A stretch of 64,000 nt of DNA from Terriglobales bacterium (GTDB lineage: Bacteria; Acidobacteriota; Terriglobia; Terriglobales; Acidobacteriaceae). The translations under genes and the position numbers were made by a program. The DNA lies in assembly GCA_050746185.1 (NCBI GenBank), contig JBOGLA010000040.1:117075-181074 (forward strand). The letters are read 5' to 3'. Below, one piece after another: positions 38,699-48,647 of this stretch. Numbering within the stretch: the stretch's first letter is position 1; each line of letters starts with the position of its first letter. The notes beneath the pieces are model-generated. The model made no database searches and was not told the origin of the DNA. It saw only the letters and a program-made list of their open reading frames with translations.

Positions 38699-39439
38699 CT
38701 AAGCTTGTTTTACTCCTCGAATCTTCCTGAACAGCATCGTCAAGGGATCGTAGAATTCATCCACCACGCGCTCTTTAAGCGGAATGATCGCGTTATCGGT
38801 GATGCGAATTTCCTCGGGGCAGACTTCAGTGCAGCACTTAGTGATGTTGCACAGACCGATCCCGAGTTCTTCTTTGAGCAGACGAGTACGGGACCTGGAA
38901 TCGAGAGGATGCATTTCGAGGCCGGCAACCCTCACAAAAAAACGAGGGCCGCCGAATTTTTCCATCTCCTGGTGCTCGCGAACCACGTGGCAGACGTTCT
39001 GGCACAGGAAGCACTCGATGCACTTGCGAAACTCCTGCACCCGGTCCACATCCACCTGGTACATTTTCCAGTCGGTTCCAGGTCGAGGTTGAAACGGAGG
39101 AATTTTTTTGTTCACACGGTAATTCCAGGAAACGTCGGTGACCAGATCTTTAATCACGGGAAACGATTTCATGGGCTGGACGGTGATGGGCTTGTCCAGG
39201 GGAAGCGAATCCATGCGGGTCTTGCAGGTCAGGCGGGGACGTCCGTTGACTTCCGCCGAACAGGAACCGCATTTGCCGGCCTTGCAGTTCCAGCGGACCG
39301 CGAGGTCCGGAGCCTGATGGGCCTGGATGTGATGAAGCGCATCCAGAACGACCATGCCTGGTGCAATCGGGACGCGGTAGGTAGCGGCCTGGCCACCGTC
39401 GCGGTTTCCCCGGAACACCTCAAAGACTGCTTCCGCCAT
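38699..39439 (-). CDS. sdhB: succinate dehydrogenase/fumarate reductase iron-sulfur subunit
   Basis: Start set at MAEAVFEVFRG, preceded by GGGGGTG. 2Fe-2S ligands are CKAGKCGSCSAEVNG. The 4Fe-4S and 3Fe-4S clusters are CIECFLCQNVC and CNITKCCTEVCP. Confidence 0.85.
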   Translation of the reverse strand: MAEAVFEVFRGNRDGGQAATYRVPIAPGMVVLDALHHIQAHQAPDLAVRWNCKAGKCGSCSAEVNGRPRLTCKTRMDSLPLDKPITVQPMKSFPVIKDLVTDVSWNYRVNKKIPPFQPRPGTDWKMYQVDVDRVQEFRKCIECFLCQNVCHVVREHQEMEKFGGPRFFVRVAGLEMHPLDSRSRTRLLKEELGIGLCNITKCCTEVCPEEIRITDNAIIPLKERVVDEFYDPLTMLFRKIRGVKQA

Positions 39440-39522
39440 CGCACCCCCGTTCCGGACGGGCGAGGACGCCCGTCTCTCCATTAACACTAATGCGAATTGT
39501 TGATGGCATCAACGTTCTTTAC

Positions 39523-41247
39523 TCAGCACGACTTTTCTTCCGCGACCAGTTGTTTCAAGTCGCTGGGCATTTCGGCAACTGGCGATTGGCGCAGCGTCAT
39601 AGCGCCCCCCTCGTGGGCGATCACATTATTCTTCGCCGCCCAAACGGGATCAACGTTGGGACAGTCAATGCGGCTGTGCGCCCCACGGCTTTCCTCGCGA
39701 GCAAGAGCGCATCGCGTAACGGCTTCGGCAACGGTGAGCATTGACTTGAGATCCTGCGCGAGGTGCCAGCCGGGATTGAATAATCGCGAGCCCTCGACGC
39801 TGATGCGTTCTGCGCGTTCTTTCAGTTTATCGAGCTCACCGAGCGCGCGAATGAGGTCCTCTTTATTGCGAAAGATGCCGACGAGACTCTGCATGGTTTC
39901 CTGAAGATCGCGATGAATCGCATAAGGATTCTCGCCGCTCGTGCGCTCGAAGGGAAGCAGCATTTCGCGGGCGGCATCTTCGATCTGAGTCGAATCAACC
40001 GGGGCATTCTCTACGGTCTTCGCGTGCTGGGCGGCGGCCAGACCGGCGCGTCGTCCGAAGACGAGCAGATCGGAGAGGGAATTGCCGCCCAGGCGATTCG
40101 CTCCGTGAAGTCCAGCGGCGGCCTCGCCGGCGGCGAAGAGTCCCGGCACGGTTGATTGGGCGGTTTCCGCTTCAACGCGAATTCCTCCCATCATGTAATG
40201 ACAGGTCGGACCTACTTCCATGGGGCCGGCGGTGATGTCCACGTCGGCAAGTTCTTTGAATTGGTGGTACATGCTGGGGAGCTTTTTCTTCACGTACTCG
40301 GCGGGCTTCTGAGAAATGTCGAGGTAAGCGCCGCCGTGCTCGGTGCCACGTCCCTCGCGGACTTCGGTGTAGATGGAACGGGCAACGACGTCGCGGGTGG
40401 AAAGCTCCATTCTCTTCGGATCGTACTTCTCCATGAAGCGGTCGCCCAGTTTGTTGCGAAGAACGCCGCCTTCGCCGCGCACTGCTTCGGTGACCAGAAG
40501 TCCCTGCACTCCCGGGGGCCAGACCATTCCGGTGGGATGAAACTGGACGAATTCCATATCAAGAAGATCGGCGCCGGCGTTGTAGGCGAGAGCCATTCCA
40601 TCCCCCGTGTATTCCCACGAATTGGAGGTAATCTTGTATGCCTTGCCGATGCCGCCGGTAGCCATGACGATGGACTTAGCGCGGAAAACTACGAATCGCC
40701 CCTGCTCGCGCCAGTAGCCGAATGCACCGGCGATGCGATCTCCATCTTTGAGCAGGCGGGTGATGGTGCACTCCATGTAGACGTCAATTCCGAGTTGCAC
40801 GCCGCGATCCTGCAAGGTGCGGATCATCTCCAGTCCGGTGCGGTCGCCGACGTGGCAGAGCCGCTTAAAAGTGTGACCGCCGAATGCCCGCTGCAAAATA
40901 TTGCCGTCCGCGGTGCGATCAAAAAGTGCCCCCCACTGTTCCAGTTCGCGCACGCGGTCAGGAGCTTCCTGAGCGTGAAGTTGAGCCATTCGCCAGTTGT
41001 TGAGTAGTTTGCCGCCGCGCATGGTGTCGCGAAAATGGGTGCGCCAATCGTCGGCGTGATCCACGTTGGCCATCGCCGCCGCGATTCCACCCTCGGCCAT
41101 CACGGTGTGGGCTTTGCCAAGAAGCGATTTGCAGACGACTCCTACTCTCGCGCCTTGCGCCAGGGCTTCGAGCGCGGCACGCAGCCCCGCTCCTCCGGCG
41201 CCGATGATTAGAACGTCGTGTTCGTGAGTTACAAATTCCATGGTCAC
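39523..41247 (-). CDS. sdhA: succinate dehydrogenase/fumarate reductase flavoprotein subunit
   Basis: 574-aa ORF. The FAD-binding N-terminus is HDVLIIGAGGAGLRAALE. The His-FAD attachment region is SHTVMAEGGIAAA. The C-terminal region is also conserved. Confidence 0.92.
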   Translation of the reverse strand: MTMEFVTHEHDVLIIGAGGAGLRAALEALAQGARVGVVCKSLLGKAHTVMAEGGIAAAMANVDHADDWRTHFRDTMRGGKLLNNWRMAQLHAQEAPDRVRELEQWGALFDRTADGNILQRAFGGHTFKRLCHVGDRTGLEMIRTLQDRGVQLGIDVYMECTITRLLKDGDRIAGAFGYWREQGRFVVFRAKSIVMATGGIGKAYKITSNSWEYTGDGMALAYNAGADLLDMEFVQFHPTGMVWPPGVQGLLVTEAVRGEGGVLRNKLGDRFMEKYDPKRMELSTRDVVARSIYTEVREGRGTEHGGAYLDISQKPAEYVKKKLPSMYHQFKELADVDITAGPMEVGPTCHYMMGGIRVEAETAQSTVPGLFAAGEAAAGLHGANRLGGNSLSDLLVFGRRAGLAAAQHAKTVENAPVDSTQIEDAAREMLLPFERTSGENPYAIHRDLQETMQSLVGIFRNKEDLIRALGELDKLKERAERISVEGSRLFNPGWHLAQDLKSMLTVAEAVTRCALAREESRGAHSRIDCPNVDPVWAAKNNVIAHEGGAMTLRQSPVAEMPSDLKQLVAEEKSC

Positions 41248-42002
41248 AGGATTCTCAAATCGGTTATAAAGCCACAGGCCACCAGCCTGATGTACAAGTC
41301 AGTGAGGCCGACGGTGATCAGGCTGACCCATGCATAGAGCATGTGGCGTTCGTTGAGGACGGTGAGCCATTGCCATGCCGTATGGCGCGAGCGCCCGGCG
41401 GCGGTGCAGGAAAAGCAGTCAACCTTGCCGCCGATAAGATGGCGCAGCGAGTGACAGGATAGCGCGTAGATAGTTAGAAGGATCACGTCGAAGAGCATAA
41501 TCAGCGTGCCGACGCCGATTCCGAAGCGGCCGTCAAAAAAGAAAGCGTGATATGCGTCGCGCCACAAAAACGCCAGGAAAATAAAGCCGATATAAAGGAA
41601 ATAGCGATGCAGATTTTGCAGAATAAATGGAAATGCAGTCTCTCCCCGATAGCGGTGCTTACTGCGCTCGGCAACGGCGCAAGCCGGCGGATCGAAGAAA
41701 AAAGCCCGATAGTAAGCCTTGCGGTAGTAGTAGCAGGTGACGCGGAAGCCCAGAGGGAAGGCGAGAATCAGCAGCGCCGGAGACCAGGGCCACCAGCGGT
41801 GATGGGCGTCAATGAGCGGCGAATAGAATGGCGAGAGATACGGACCCCACTCGTAAAACTTGCCCTCGAATGCGCGCAGAGTTGCGTAAACTCCGAACGC
41901 ACTAAGCACAATGATAACGGGTAATAATTCAAGCCACCACGGGTCCCGCCGCATGGTGGCGCCGAGATGATGTGGTGCGCTGGTGGTAGAACCTGCTGCC
42001 AT
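41244..42002 (-). CDS. sdhC: succinate dehydrogenase membrane anchor/cytochrome b subunit (5-TM type)
   Basis: 252-aa hydrophobic ORF immediately upstream of and overlapping sdhA. It has several conserved His in TM helices, consistent with a Bacillus-type dihaem SdhC. Confidence 0.65.
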   Translation of the reverse strand: MAAGSTTSAPHHLGATMRRDPWWLELLPVIIVLSAFGVYATLRAFEGKFYEWGPYLSPFYSPLIDAHHRWWPWSPALLILAFPLGFRVTCYYYRKAYYRAFFFDPPACAVAERSKHRYRGETAFPFILQNLHRYFLYIGFIFLAFLWRDAYHAFFFDGRFGIGVGTLIMLFDVILLTIYALSCHSLRHLIGGKVDCFSCTAAGRSRHTAWQWLTVLNERHMLYAWVSLITVGLTDLYIRLVACGFITDLRIL

Positions 42003-42274
42003 AAAGTCACCGCCTGATGGTTCATAAAGTAAACAGAAAAAATGGGTTCAAGTCAAAAAAGAGGAGTGAATCCCTCCGAATGAACAACTGAATGGACATC
42101 GGCCATAGCGCAAATTGAGTTCCGACGGCCCAGTCTTGCAAGTTCTGATTTCATCAACAATGGTTTTTCGGTTATGCTTGTCTAACCTGATCCCCAAGTC
42201 GCGTCACCAATCGGATAGAAGGGCACTGGTAGGTCTATCTACGTATACCGAGCGGCAATAAGGCAATCACCTGT

Positions 42275-42667
42275 ATGAATCGCCGAACGCTAGTTCTTAC
42301 GGCATGGATAATGGTGGCCCTGTTTGGGGGCTGGGTGCGAGTGTATTTCTGGCCGAACCACGCTCACCTAACTCATCCGCATGCTCACTTACGTTTCTTC
42401 ACTAATGTCATTCTTCTGCTCTTTAATATCGTGGAGTTCGTCTGCATCTCTTACTACGTCCGGGGTCGCAATTGGGCTAGGATTGCCGTTCTGCTAGCGT
42501 CGATTGTGGCGGTATTAGGTATGTTGTGGTGGAATCACGACGATACTCCCGGTCATCTCATTAGCGTGGCTTGGGCTGTGCTCGGGATCTTCTTTTTATA
42601 TTGGCTGAACACACGTTCCGTTCGCGAGTTCTTCCAGCGAGGCCCAGCCAACGTTGAGCTGCCATGA
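42275..42667 (+). CDS. small integral membrane protein 1 of 3 (unknown function)
   Basis: 130-aa ORF with 3-4 TM helices. Its stop overlaps the next start (ATGA). Confidence 0.4.
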   Translation: MNRRTLVLTAWIMVALFGGWVRVYFWPNHAHLTHPHAHLRFFTNVILLLFNIVEFVCISYYVRGRNWARIAVLLASIVAVLGMLWWNHDDTPGHLISVAWAVLGIFFLYWLNTRSVREFFQRGPANVELP

Positions 42668-43047
42668 TTGCGAATGTTTATCCTGCGCCTGCCGAGCATC
42701 CCCTTCGCAATATCTTGGCTGAATCCCACATTGCTGCGGTTGCTATTGCCGTACTTGTTTTTTCCTCGCTTGACGCGGGCTTTCGCGCTTTTTGGGGACC
42801 GCTTTCCGCCGCTGCTACATTCTTGTTTACCGCAATTGCGATTTTCGACATTCCGTACTTCTCATTCAATGTCGCGAATTGCCTGGCGCTGACCGTTTCA
42901 CTCTATTATTTTTTTAGTGCGATGGTTTGCCTCGGCGTGGCCTGTCTTCTGTCGCGGTGGGTTTATGGGGTTGGGCCATTTTTCATCTTGAACACATACT
43001 GGGCGAAGCTCGCGCATCGGGAAACCGTTGAGGAGCAAACATATTGA
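42664..43047 (+). CDS. small integral membrane protein 2 of 3 (unknown function)
   Basis: 127-aa ORF with 3-4 TM helices. It is translationally coupled on both sides. Confidence 0.4.
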   Translation: MIANVYPAPAEHPLRNILAESHIAAVAIAVLVFSSLDAGFRAFWGPLSAAATFLFTAIAIFDIPYFSFNVANCLALTVSLYYFFSAMVCLGVACLLSRWVYGVGPFFILNTYWAKLAHRETVEEQTY

Positions 43048-43376
43048 CGCGGCTGAAGCGAAGCTTGGTAGAAAGTCTTGTGGGAGCGATCGCACTGGGT
43101 TGGCTTTTCGCGCAGGGAGTCCTACATTTGGCCTATTTCTTAGTCGCACCAGTTACAGGCCGGATCACGCGGAGCGAATATCGCACATTGGGGAGCGGCC
43201 TCAGCGGCCTCTCATACTCACACTTATGGTTGAGGGATGCTGGCCTCGAACTGGCTAGATCGGTCTCGCTCCTGACCCTCACGTATCTTTTGCTGCGCTG
43301 GCTCTACTTCAGGCCTTTCGACGATAAACACAATAATGGGACCGTGCCCGGTCCACCGGAGAACCCTCAAACGTAG
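43044..43376 (+). CDS. small integral membrane protein 3 of 3 (unknown function)
   Basis: 110-aa ORF. The TTG start overlaps the preceding stop (TTGA). At least 2 TM helices. Confidence 0.3.
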   Translation: MTRLKRSLVESLVGAIALGWLFAQGVLHLAYFLVAPVTGRITRSEYRTLGSGLSGLSYSHLWLRDAGLELARSVSLLTLTYLLLRWLYFRPFDDKHNNGTVPGPPENPQT

Positions 43377-43667
43377 AAATTTTAGATGCTGATGAACGGC
43401 TCCCTTTGAAGTCAGACTCCAAATGGCATGCCAGAAACTTGATTTTTGCGCGACCACCCCTGTCCGGTTGGACCGCATCCTCGTTCCCTCGAACATAGTT
43501 CGCCCTGTCCATTTTCCGACTCCGATGCACACTCCTGGGTCAAGGTGAAATTCGCAACCGGGATTACCCTATGGGAAGCAGACTGGCCCAACTGGACTGA
43601 ACGCAATTCCGCCCACTTCGGGCACAAACGGCGCGACTTCATCGCTAAAAAGAAGAGGCAAACACTG

Positions 43668-45077
43668 ATGAACACTTCGATCGTACCCGAAACGTTGCGG
43701 CGCAGCTCGCGAGTGCCGTTGTCCCTGCCCATTCACGTTACCAGCCTCGAACCCACGATCCAGTTCTCGGAAGATTGCGAAACGATGGTCGTCAACGCAC
43801 ATGGCTGCGCGGTGCGGTCTCCGGTAAAACTGGCGGCGGGAGTTCCGGTGAACTTTCACAATCGGGAGGGCCGCCAAACCACAGCCTACGTCGTTGACTG
43901 CCGGCCGCTGGGAGGCGATCACAGTTGGCTGGTCGCGGCGCGCCTCGACAAGCCGGACAATTTTTGGGGAGTGCAACCTTGTCCTGAGGATTGGATAGCG
44001 CTCGCTCAGACTGCACCTTCGAACGGCCGGGCTCGCAAGGGTCAAGCTCACGATCCGGGGCTGCGAGTCGTGCCTCCCAAGGGGCAGGAGCCAGTCTCGG
44101 AAGAGCGTGTGCGCGCTTTGCTGTTGGAGATCCTTAAACCGCTGCACCAGGAAGTGATTACGCTCCGGGAAAAATTAGCCCAACCTCAAGCCAGGCGAAG
44201 CAGTTTTGAAGTGTCGCTGTCGCAGATTCCTCCCGAACTCGAAGAGAAGTTGTGGTCGCGGCTGCGCGAGGAGCTCGGGGCGGAGAACCTGAAGCTCGCC
44301 ACCCAGCAGACGGAACGCGTGCTGGAAAGTGCGAAGACCGCGATCGGGCGGAACATTACCATTGGCAAGAATGAATTTCGCCAGCATCTTACCGAAGAAC
44401 TGCAACTGGTTCAGGTTCGCGCGCAGCGTCTTTCCGACGAGATTGACGACGGCGTGCGCCAGCAACTGGAAGCCGGCCTGAAGGCTTTTCATGACGAAGG
44501 CATACAGGCCGGAGTCCGCATCGAGGAGCGTGGCGATGAATTCTTTCGAGCCATTCAGAAGCGCCTCAACGACGAAAACGAACGGCGCCTGCGGCAAGTG
44601 GAGCAGGTGAAGGCCGCCATTGACGCGGAATCGTCGCAAATGCAGTCGCGCATTGCGGATCTTGGCAGCCGGGTGCAAACCCTTGACGATTCGGCGCGCC
44701 GTTTGGAGACGGGCATGGAGAAGCACCTGTCGCAACTTTCGAGCGATATCGTTTCTCGTGCTCAGGGCCAGATGGAGAGTCACGTTGACTCGACTCTCAC
44801 TGACCTTCAGACTCGAGCCGCGAAGGAGCTCGCCGATCAGCTCGATGTTGCCTGTGGACGCCTGAAACTGATGCAGAAAGGAATCGAGACTTCGGTCTCC
44901 GAACTGCTCAACGCGCAGGCTTCCCGCACCATGCAAACGTTTGAACACTCTCTCGATGAACACGCAGGACAAACCGTGGTTCGCTGGCGCGCTTCACTGG
45001 CCCGCGATCTAACCCAGGTGGCGAAAATCCTGGGCAGCGAAATGCAAAAGGAGGGGGCGGGAGAGAAGAAGCGCTAA
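43668..45077 (+). CDS. PilZ-domain protein with long C-terminal coiled coil
   Basis: Start ATG 43668 follows AGAAGAGG. LRRSSRVPLSLPIHV ... VVNAHGCAV matches the PilZ RxxxR / (D/N)xSxxG c-di-GMP-binding signature. About 300 aa of Glu/Leu/Gln-rich coiled coil follow. Confidence 0.5.
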   Translation: MNTSIVPETLRRSSRVPLSLPIHVTSLEPTIQFSEDCETMVVNAHGCAVRSPVKLAAGVPVNFHNREGRQTTAYVVDCRPLGGDHSWLVAARLDKPDNFWGVQPCPEDWIALAQTAPSNGRARKGQAHDPGLRVVPPKGQEPVSEERVRALLLEILKPLHQEVITLREKLAQPQARRSSFEVSLSQIPPELEEKLWSRLREELGAENLKLATQQTERVLESAKTAIGRNITIGKNEFRQHLTEELQLVQVRAQRLSDEIDDGVRQQLEAGLKAFHDEGIQAGVRIEERGDEFFRAIQKRLNDENERRLRQVEQVKAAIDAESSQMQSRIADLGSRVQTLDDSARRLETGMEKHLSQLSSDIVSRAQGQMESHVDSTLTDLQTRAAKELADQLDVACGRLKLMQKGIETSVSELLNAQASRTMQTFEHSLDEHAGQTVVRWRASLARDLTQVAKILGSEMQKEGAGEKKR

Positions 45078-45272
45078 GCGCATTACCTTCGTTTATGACC
45101 GGGCAATCGCTGGTACTCGATGGCGGCTTTCTGGCAGGCCCTAATCCTCCGGGCTAGCAGGGAGCGGCGAATGAGTCTAAGCCCTCATGTGCCCGCAGCT
45201 AGCACATTGGTCATCCGTTTCCAGCCACTTGGCCCTTGACGCGACTCGACGGAACTTCTATTTTACTTACTA

Positions 45273-45626
45273 ATGCGGTTTGCAAGGTCAATCCTGGTTG
45301 CTGCGATGGCGGCAGGTCTTCTCAGCTATGCCTTTGACTGTTCGGCGATGGCGACATCCGGGCAGGCGATGCAGTGTTGTAAGTCCATGCGCTGCTCATC
45401 GCATGCGCACCACACGCAGGATTGCTGCAAGGACATTCCAACATCCCATAGTCCATATGTACAGCCTTCATCTGGGCACTGGACATCCTCTCCTTCGGTT
45501 GCGCCCACGGTCATACCGGTGTCCGCCGAAACGCAAGCTTTAGATTCTTCTCCCTGGGCCATTGCAGCGCGTTCGCATGCGCCGCCCGGCACCTACTCGC
45601 CAACTCCTACACCCATTCGCATCTAA
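45273..45626 (+). CDS. small secreted Cys/His-rich protein (putative metal-binding)
   Basis: 117-aa ORF. The signal peptide is MRFARSILVAAMAAGLLSYA, followed by MQCCKSMRCSSHAHHTQDCCKDIPTSHSP. It is immediately upstream of RND operon 2. A TTGACG-N17-TATTTT promoter-like element lies at 45236-45264. Confidence 0.4.
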   Translation: MRFARSILVAAMAAGLLSYAFDCSAMATSGQAMQCCKSMRCSSHAHHTQDCCKDIPTSHSPYVQPSSGHWTSSPSVAPTVIPVSAETQALDSSPWAIAARSHAPPGTYSPTPTPIRI

Positions 45627-45661
45627 TTCTGTCTCCAGTTGCTTTCCCGATTCATGGAATT

Positions 45662-46990
45662 GTGTTTTTGGGGAACGCCCTTTTCACTGGAGAATTCGTG
45701 AGATTACGCAAAATAGTACTTTCTTTATGCTGCATGTGCTTTGTGCTTGCCGCGTTACTGGCCGCTTCCCCGGCCAGCGCGCAAGGGCCCGCGCCCGAGA
45801 CTGCCGGGAAACCAACCCCTCTGCACGACTTGGTGCAGGAGGCGGAGCGGAAGAATCCGCAGATTGCCGCTTCGTTTCATGCATGGCAAGCGTCGCGGAA
45901 TGTCGCCAATCAAGTCTCAGCTCTACCCGAGACGCAACTGTCAGTGCAACAGTTCAGCGTCGGCAGCCCGCGCCCTTTCGCGGGTTATAGCAACAGCAAT
46001 TTCGCTTACATCGGATTCGGGGCTTCCCAGGAGATTCCCTATCCGGGGAAGCGTCAATTGCGTGCTCTTGTCGCCGACCACGAAGCCGACTCGATGGAAG
46101 CACAGACGGATTCGGTGCGCAGGACTGTGGTGGGAAACCTCAAAATGGTTTACTTCCAACTCGCCGATATTCAACAGACGCTCGGAGTCTTACAAAATAG
46201 TGATGAGCTGCTGAATCAGGTTGAGCAAGCTTCGGAATCGCGTTACCGCGTGGGTCAGGGTAACCAGCAGGACGTTTTGAAAGCACAGTTGCAACACACG
46301 AAAATCCTGCAAGAGATCGCACATCACCACCAGGAAGAAGGATTGCTCGAAGCCCAGATCAAGCAGCTTTTGGGACGCGGGCAGGAATCTCCGGACATCG
46401 TTACTGAGACCCTGACCATGCGGAACCTTCCGTACACAGCGGCTGAACTATTGCAGCGGGCTCGCGAGCAAAATCCTGATGTCCACTCAAAAGAAGCATC
46501 TGTTAGCGAGCAAGAATCGCAAGTTGATCTCGCGCACAAGAATTTCCGCCCCGATTTCAACGTCCAGTACATGTACCAGCACAATGCCAGCGAGTTTCGT
46601 GATTACTACATGGCGACGTTCAGTATTCGGCTACCTAATCGGGGACGACGGAAGGCAGAACTCGCGGAAGCCGAGCAGAACCAGGAGCGTGCGCGCCAAG
46701 AGATGGACTCTGAATCGCAACGTGTGCTGTCGGAGGTGCAACAACAATACGTACGCGCGAAGACTTCGGAAGAGGAGCTCAAGATTTATAGCGACGGCCT
46801 TGTTCCGCAATCGGACGCAACATTCCGCTCGGCCCTTTCCGCCTATGGTTCGAACAAGCAGGACTTCGAGAGTCTGCTTTCCTCATTCCTGGATGTGTTG
46901 AATCTCGATCTCGAATACCAGAGCGAGTTGGTGGAACACGAAACAGCGCTGGCGGAACTTGAGCGCCTTACGGGGGTACACCTGCAATGA
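45662..46990 (+). CDS. cusC: outer-membrane efflux protein, TolC family (RND operon 2)
   Basis: 442-aa ORF with a signal peptide (LSLCCMCFVLAALLAASPASA) and two OEP repeats. Its stop overlaps the adaptor start. Confidence 0.85.
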   Translation: MFLGNALFTGEFVRLRKIVLSLCCMCFVLAALLAASPASAQGPAPETAGKPTPLHDLVQEAERKNPQIAASFHAWQASRNVANQVSALPETQLSVQQFSVGSPRPFAGYSNSNFAYIGFGASQEIPYPGKRQLRALVADHEADSMEAQTDSVRRTVVGNLKMVYFQLADIQQTLGVLQNSDELLNQVEQASESRYRVGQGNQQDVLKAQLQHTKILQEIAHHHQEEGLLEAQIKQLLGRGQESPDIVTETLTMRNLPYTAAELLQRAREQNPDVHSKEASVSEQESQVDLAHKNFRPDFNVQYMYQHNASEFRDYYMATFSIRLPNRGRRKAELAEAEQNQERARQEMDSESQRVLSEVQQQYVRAKTSEEELKIYSDGLVPQSDATFRSALSAYGSNKQDFESLLSSFLDVLNLDLEYQSELVEHETALAELERLTGVHLQ

Positions 46991-48645
46991 GCGAGCTTAA
47001 CCTCAAAGGAAACGTAAGCGAGGAACCAAAGATGCCCAACCCCGAAGCAAACAACTATCGCCGAGCCTTTTGGATTGCGGTACTCACAACGACAGTGCTG
47101 GCCATTGTTGCGTCGGCGTTGTGGTGGCGTTTGAACCATCTGGGCACGGGCTCGCAATCTGGCGCTGGCTCTGCTATGGAAGCTATGTCACAGCCCTCGT
47201 CTGCAAACGCGTCAGGTTCGCAGCCAGGATCGGGAGAGATGCAAGCGGACAACATGCAACAAACGCCGCTTGCACCGATTCAGCTCACGCCTCAACGAAT
47301 GCAGAGTATCGGGATTGTGCTGGGAAAGGTGGAATCCAAGCAAGTTAGTAGTGAGCTGCGTTTCTACGGCAACGTGGAAGTCAATGAACGCAGGCAGGCT
47401 TATGTGCAGACGCGTTTCGCGGGATGGATTCGCAAGGTTTATGCGGACGCGACCGGCAACTTTATTGGCAAGGGTCAGCCTTTGTTCACAATCTATAGCC
47501 CTGACCTGGTTTCAACGGAGCAGGAGTATTTACTGGCGAAAAAGAACGCTCAAACATTGCAGGGGAGCACTGTGAGTGGGGTAGCTTCGGGGGCGTCTTC
47601 ACTTTTTAGCGCCGCCAAAGAGAGGTTGTTGCAATGGGAAGTTTCTCCTGCCGAAATTGAAAAGCTCGATCAGACGGCCAAGGCAATGACCGACCTCACT
47701 ATTTATTCGCCTGCCAGCGGTTACATTACGCAAAAAAATGCCTTACCCAATATGTACGTGCAGCCTGAAACCATGCTGTACACCGTGGCCGATCTTTCCG
47801 ATGTCTGGGTGCTCGCGCAGGTATTCCAAAGCGACGCGGGAAGAATCAAACCGGGCGATCCGGCGGAAGTCACGGTAGATGCGTATCCCGGCCGCGTTTT
47901 CCGCGGGCGCGTTGATTACATCCTTCCACAGCTGGACGTGAGCACACGTACCCTGCCGGTGCGCCTCGTTTTCTCAAATCCGGGAATGAAACTGCGGCCA
48001 GGAATGTATGTGAATGTCCGTGTGAAATCGCCCTTGGGCCGACAGTTGGTGATCCCTGCTAGTGCGGTTTTTCATTCAGGAACTCGGAATCTAGTGTTCA
48101 TTTATTCCGGACAAGGCAACATCGAGCCACGCGAAGTTGAATTGGGGCCTCAAGTGGAGGATCAGATCGTCGTCACCAAGGGCCTCAATGCGAAAGAAGA
48201 GATAGTTACTTCCGCAAACTTCCTGATTGATTCCGAAGCGCAATTGCAAGCCGCTGCCGGAGCGTTTGTTCCTCCCCCTCCTGGAGCGGGGCAGGCGGCT
48301 TCCATGAATGCTCCCGCGCCAGCGCAAGCCAACGTGGAACTGACGACGGTCCCCGACCCTCCGCATAAGGGCAGCAATACTGTCCGGGTGAAGCTGACGG
48401 CAGAAGACGGCAAACCAATCACCGGCGCAGATGTCACCGTGACTTTCTACATGGCTGCGATGCCGGCCATGGGAATGGCTGCGATGAAGACCGTTGTCAA
48501 CGCCAGCGACAAAGGCGGCGGAATGTACGAGGGCAATGGCGATCTCGGCTCCGGCGGCACGTGGCAGGTCACGATCAGGGCGCAGCAAAATGGACAGACG
48601 ATTGCCAATAAACAACTCACGGTCAATGCCACGGGAGGCATGTAA
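46987..48645 (+). CDS. cusB: RND periplasmic adaptor with Met-rich N- and C-terminal extensions (CusB-like)
   Basis: 552-aa ORF with an MFP core. The N-terminal segment (AMEAMSQ ... GEMQADNMQQ) and a C-terminal beta-domain (VTFYMAAMPAMGMAAMK ... GGGMYEG) are Met-rich, as in Cu/Ag adaptors. Confidence 0.85.
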   Translation: MSELNLKGNVSEEPKMPNPEANNYRRAFWIAVLTTTVLAIVASALWWRLNHLGTGSQSGAGSAMEAMSQPSSANASGSQPGSGEMQADNMQQTPLAPIQLTPQRMQSIGIVLGKVESKQVSSELRFYGNVEVNERRQAYVQTRFAGWIRKVYADATGNFIGKGQPLFTIYSPDLVSTEQEYLLAKKNAQTLQGSTVSGVASGASSLFSAAKERLLQWEVSPAEIEKLDQTAKAMTDLTIYSPASGYITQKNALPNMYVQPETMLYTVADLSDVWVLAQVFQSDAGRIKPGDPAEVTVDAYPGRVFRGRVDYILPQLDVSTRTLPVRLVFSNPGMKLRPGMYVNVRVKSPLGRQLVIPASAVFHSGTRNLVFIYSGQGNIEPREVELGPQVEDQIVVTKGLNAKEEIVTSANFLIDSEAQLQAAAGAFVPPPPGAGQAASMNAPAPAQANVELTTVPDPPHKGSNTVRVKLTAEDGKPITGADVTVTFYMAAMPAMGMAAMKTVVNASDKGGGMYEGNGDLGSGGTWQVTIRAQQNGQTIANKQLTVNATGGM

Positions 48646-48647
48646 CT

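Noticed and set aside
38705-41007. Plus-strand ORFs (259 and 283 aa) across sdhB and sdhA
   Set aside because: They are antisense to canonical Sdh subunits and are shadow ORFs.
44175-44972. 265-aa minus-strand ORF inside the PilZ/coiled-coil gene
   Set aside because: It is the antisense of a coiled-coil coding region, which routinely yields long complementary ORFs. No motif.
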